Below, one piece after another: positions 61,936-64,000 of a stretch of 64,000 nt of DNA (position 1 is the first letter of the stretch; every line of letters starts with the position of its first letter). The position numbers were made by a program, and so were the translations under genes. The DNA lies in the NCBI GenBank assembly GCA_036785375.1, contig JAWMAR010000203.1, positions 3,906,001 to 3,970,000 of the forward strand, read 5' to 3'. The notes under the pieces are model-generated. The model saw only the letters and a list, made by a program, of their open reading frames with translations. It was not told the DNA's origin and ran no database searches. This DNA comes from Leucoraja ocellata (taxonomy: Eukaryota).

Positions 61936-64000
61936 ACCATATAACCATATCACAATTACAGCATGGAAACAGGCCATCTCGACCCTTCTTGTTCCGTGCC
62001 GAACACGTATTCTTCCTTAGTCCCATATACCTGCACTCAGACCATAACCCTCCATTCCTTTCCGGTCCATATAACTATCCAATTTATTTTTAAATGATAA
62101 AAACGAACCTGCCTCCACCACCTTCACTGGAAGCTCATTCCACACAGCCACCACTCTCTGAATAAAGAAGTTCCCCCTCATGTTCCCCCTAAATTCTCAA
62201 GTCATGTCCCCTTGTTGGAATCTTCCCTACTCTCAGTGGGAAAAGCTTATCCACGTCAACTCTGTCTATACCTCTCATAATTTTAAAGACCTCTATCAAG
62301 TCCCCCCTTAACCTTCTGCGCTCCAAAGAATAAAGCCCTAACTTGTTCAACCTTTCTCTGTAACTTAGTTGCTGAAACCTAGGCAACTTTTCTAGTAAAT
62401 CGGAGCTATTGGGGGTTGATACTGGCACATGCAACTGGGTCCTGAACTTTCTGTCGCAACGGCAGCAGACAGCCAGGGTGGGCAGTAGGACATCAAAAAC
62501 CATAGCCGTGAGCACTGGCTCACCCCAAGGCTGTGTCCTAAGCCCCCTTCTGTTTAGTCTGCTGACACACGACTGTACTGCCAGACTCGATAACAACTTC
62601 ATCAACAAGTTCGCTGATGACACAACAGTGGTGGGTCTCATCAGTGACAATGATGAATCGGCGTACAGGATGGAGGTGGAGCTGCTCACAGGTTGGTGCA
62701 AATCCCACAACCTCATTCTTAACGTGGGAAAAACTAAGGAGATGGTGGTTGACTTCAGGAGGGCGGGGAAACAACACCATACACCTCTGCACATCGACGG
62801 AGCTGATGTGGAAAGGGTCAGCAGCATGAAGTTCCTAGGACTACATCTGTCTGATGACCTGACGTCCACGGCCAACACCACAGCTCTGGTCAAAAGAGCC
62901 CAGCAGCGACTTCACCCTCTCCGAAGACTACGTAAAGCAGGCCTCCCCACTATACACCTACGGACTTTTTATAGGGGGACTGTCGAGAGCACATTGACCT
63001 ACGGCATCACTTCCTGGTTCGGGAGCTGCAAGGCGTACGAACGGCACCAACTAGACAGGATAGTGAAGACCGCCAGCAGGATTATTGGTGCTCCACTCCC
63101 CTTCCTGCTGGACATATACAGGAAGAGATGTATCAGCAGAGCCATCTCCATCATCAAAGACCCTTACCACCCATCGCATGACATTTTCTCCATCCTGCCA
63201 TCTGGGAAGAGGTACAGGAGCATTAGCTGCAAAACCAGCAGGATGCTCCTCAGCTTCTCGTCACAGGCTATAAGACTGCTAAATGGACTTTGCCCCCTGC
63301 CAAGTATCGCGCACAAACCCCCACACTGCAGCAGAGCCACTGTTGTGCCGCTGCCGGTCGGAACGCTTGTTGAATGTTTAGTAGAGTGTTAAATTTGTTC
63401 ATGATACATGTATTTTTTTTTTTATTTCTATTTATTTTTCATGCACACTGAATGGACACTGGTTGAGCAACGTTTTTTTGTTTCCTCTGGGTATGCGAAT
63501 ACTCAGGAAATGACAATAAAGATATACAATACAATACAAATCTCCTCTGTACTCTCTCTATTTTGTTGACATCCTTCCTATAATTAGGCGACCAAAATTG
63601 TACACCATACTCCAGAATTGGCCTCACCAATGCCTTGTACAATTTTAACATTACATCCCAACTTCTATATTCAATGCTCTGATTTATAAATGCCAGCACA
63701 TCAAAAGCTTTCTTTACCACCCTTTCTACATGAGATTCCACTTTCAGGGAACTGTGCACAGTTATTCCCAGATCCCTCTGTTCACCTGCATTCTTCAATT
63801 CCTTACCATTTACCATGTACGTCCTATTTTGATTTGTCCTGCCAAGATGTAGCACCTCACACTTATCAGCATTAAACTCCATCTGCCATCTTTCAGCGCA
63901 CTCTCCCAACTGGCATAAATCTCTCTGTAGACTTTGAAAATCGACTTCATTATCCACAACCCCACCTATCTTAGCATCATCTGCATACTTACTAATCCAA
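61936..64000 (-). mobile_element. Young CR1 LINE 3' part, interrupted by Rex1
   Basis: Highly similar to 37897-39255, with the same (GGTTATAT)n tail. Confidence 0.92.
62402..63537 (+). mobile_element. Rex1/Babar LINE, 5'-truncated, intact RT C-terminal frame
   Basis: 327-aa ORF with [10 protein letters not shown] and KFADD; (ACAAT)n tail; TSD aaatc. Confidence 0.92.

Overview
Vertebrate genomic DNA, most likely a cartilaginous fish (skate or ray), inferred from its repeat families. The window is mostly nested transposable elements: tRNA/V-type SINEs, CR1, Rex1/Babar, L1, RTE, Penelope, one DIRS, non-autonomous Helitrons and several TIR elements. One 368-nt assembly gap is present. The main result is a six-exon, in-frame gene on the minus strand, reconstructed by hand and only partly visible in the ORF track: 60792-60744 (leader), 59720-59385 (V domain with a built-in J-like GNGT motif), 56597-56298 (C1 domain), 47049-46948 (TM), 46522-46455 and 37371-37225 (cytoplasmic). 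It encodes a 333-aa antigen-receptor-like, non-rearranging VJ-C1 receptor with an ITIM (LHYAPV) and an ITSM-like motif (TEYAVL), so it looks inhibitory and SIRP-like. Other notable items are many Penelope-derived short repeats with hammerhead-ribozyme cores, a 5.9-kb Helitron with both termini that hosts nested insertions, large foldback elements (one carrying a phased CCAAT array, one forming a long hairpin next to the TM exon), a P-like TIR element and a twin-primed L1. No database searches were run; family assignments come from motif recognition.
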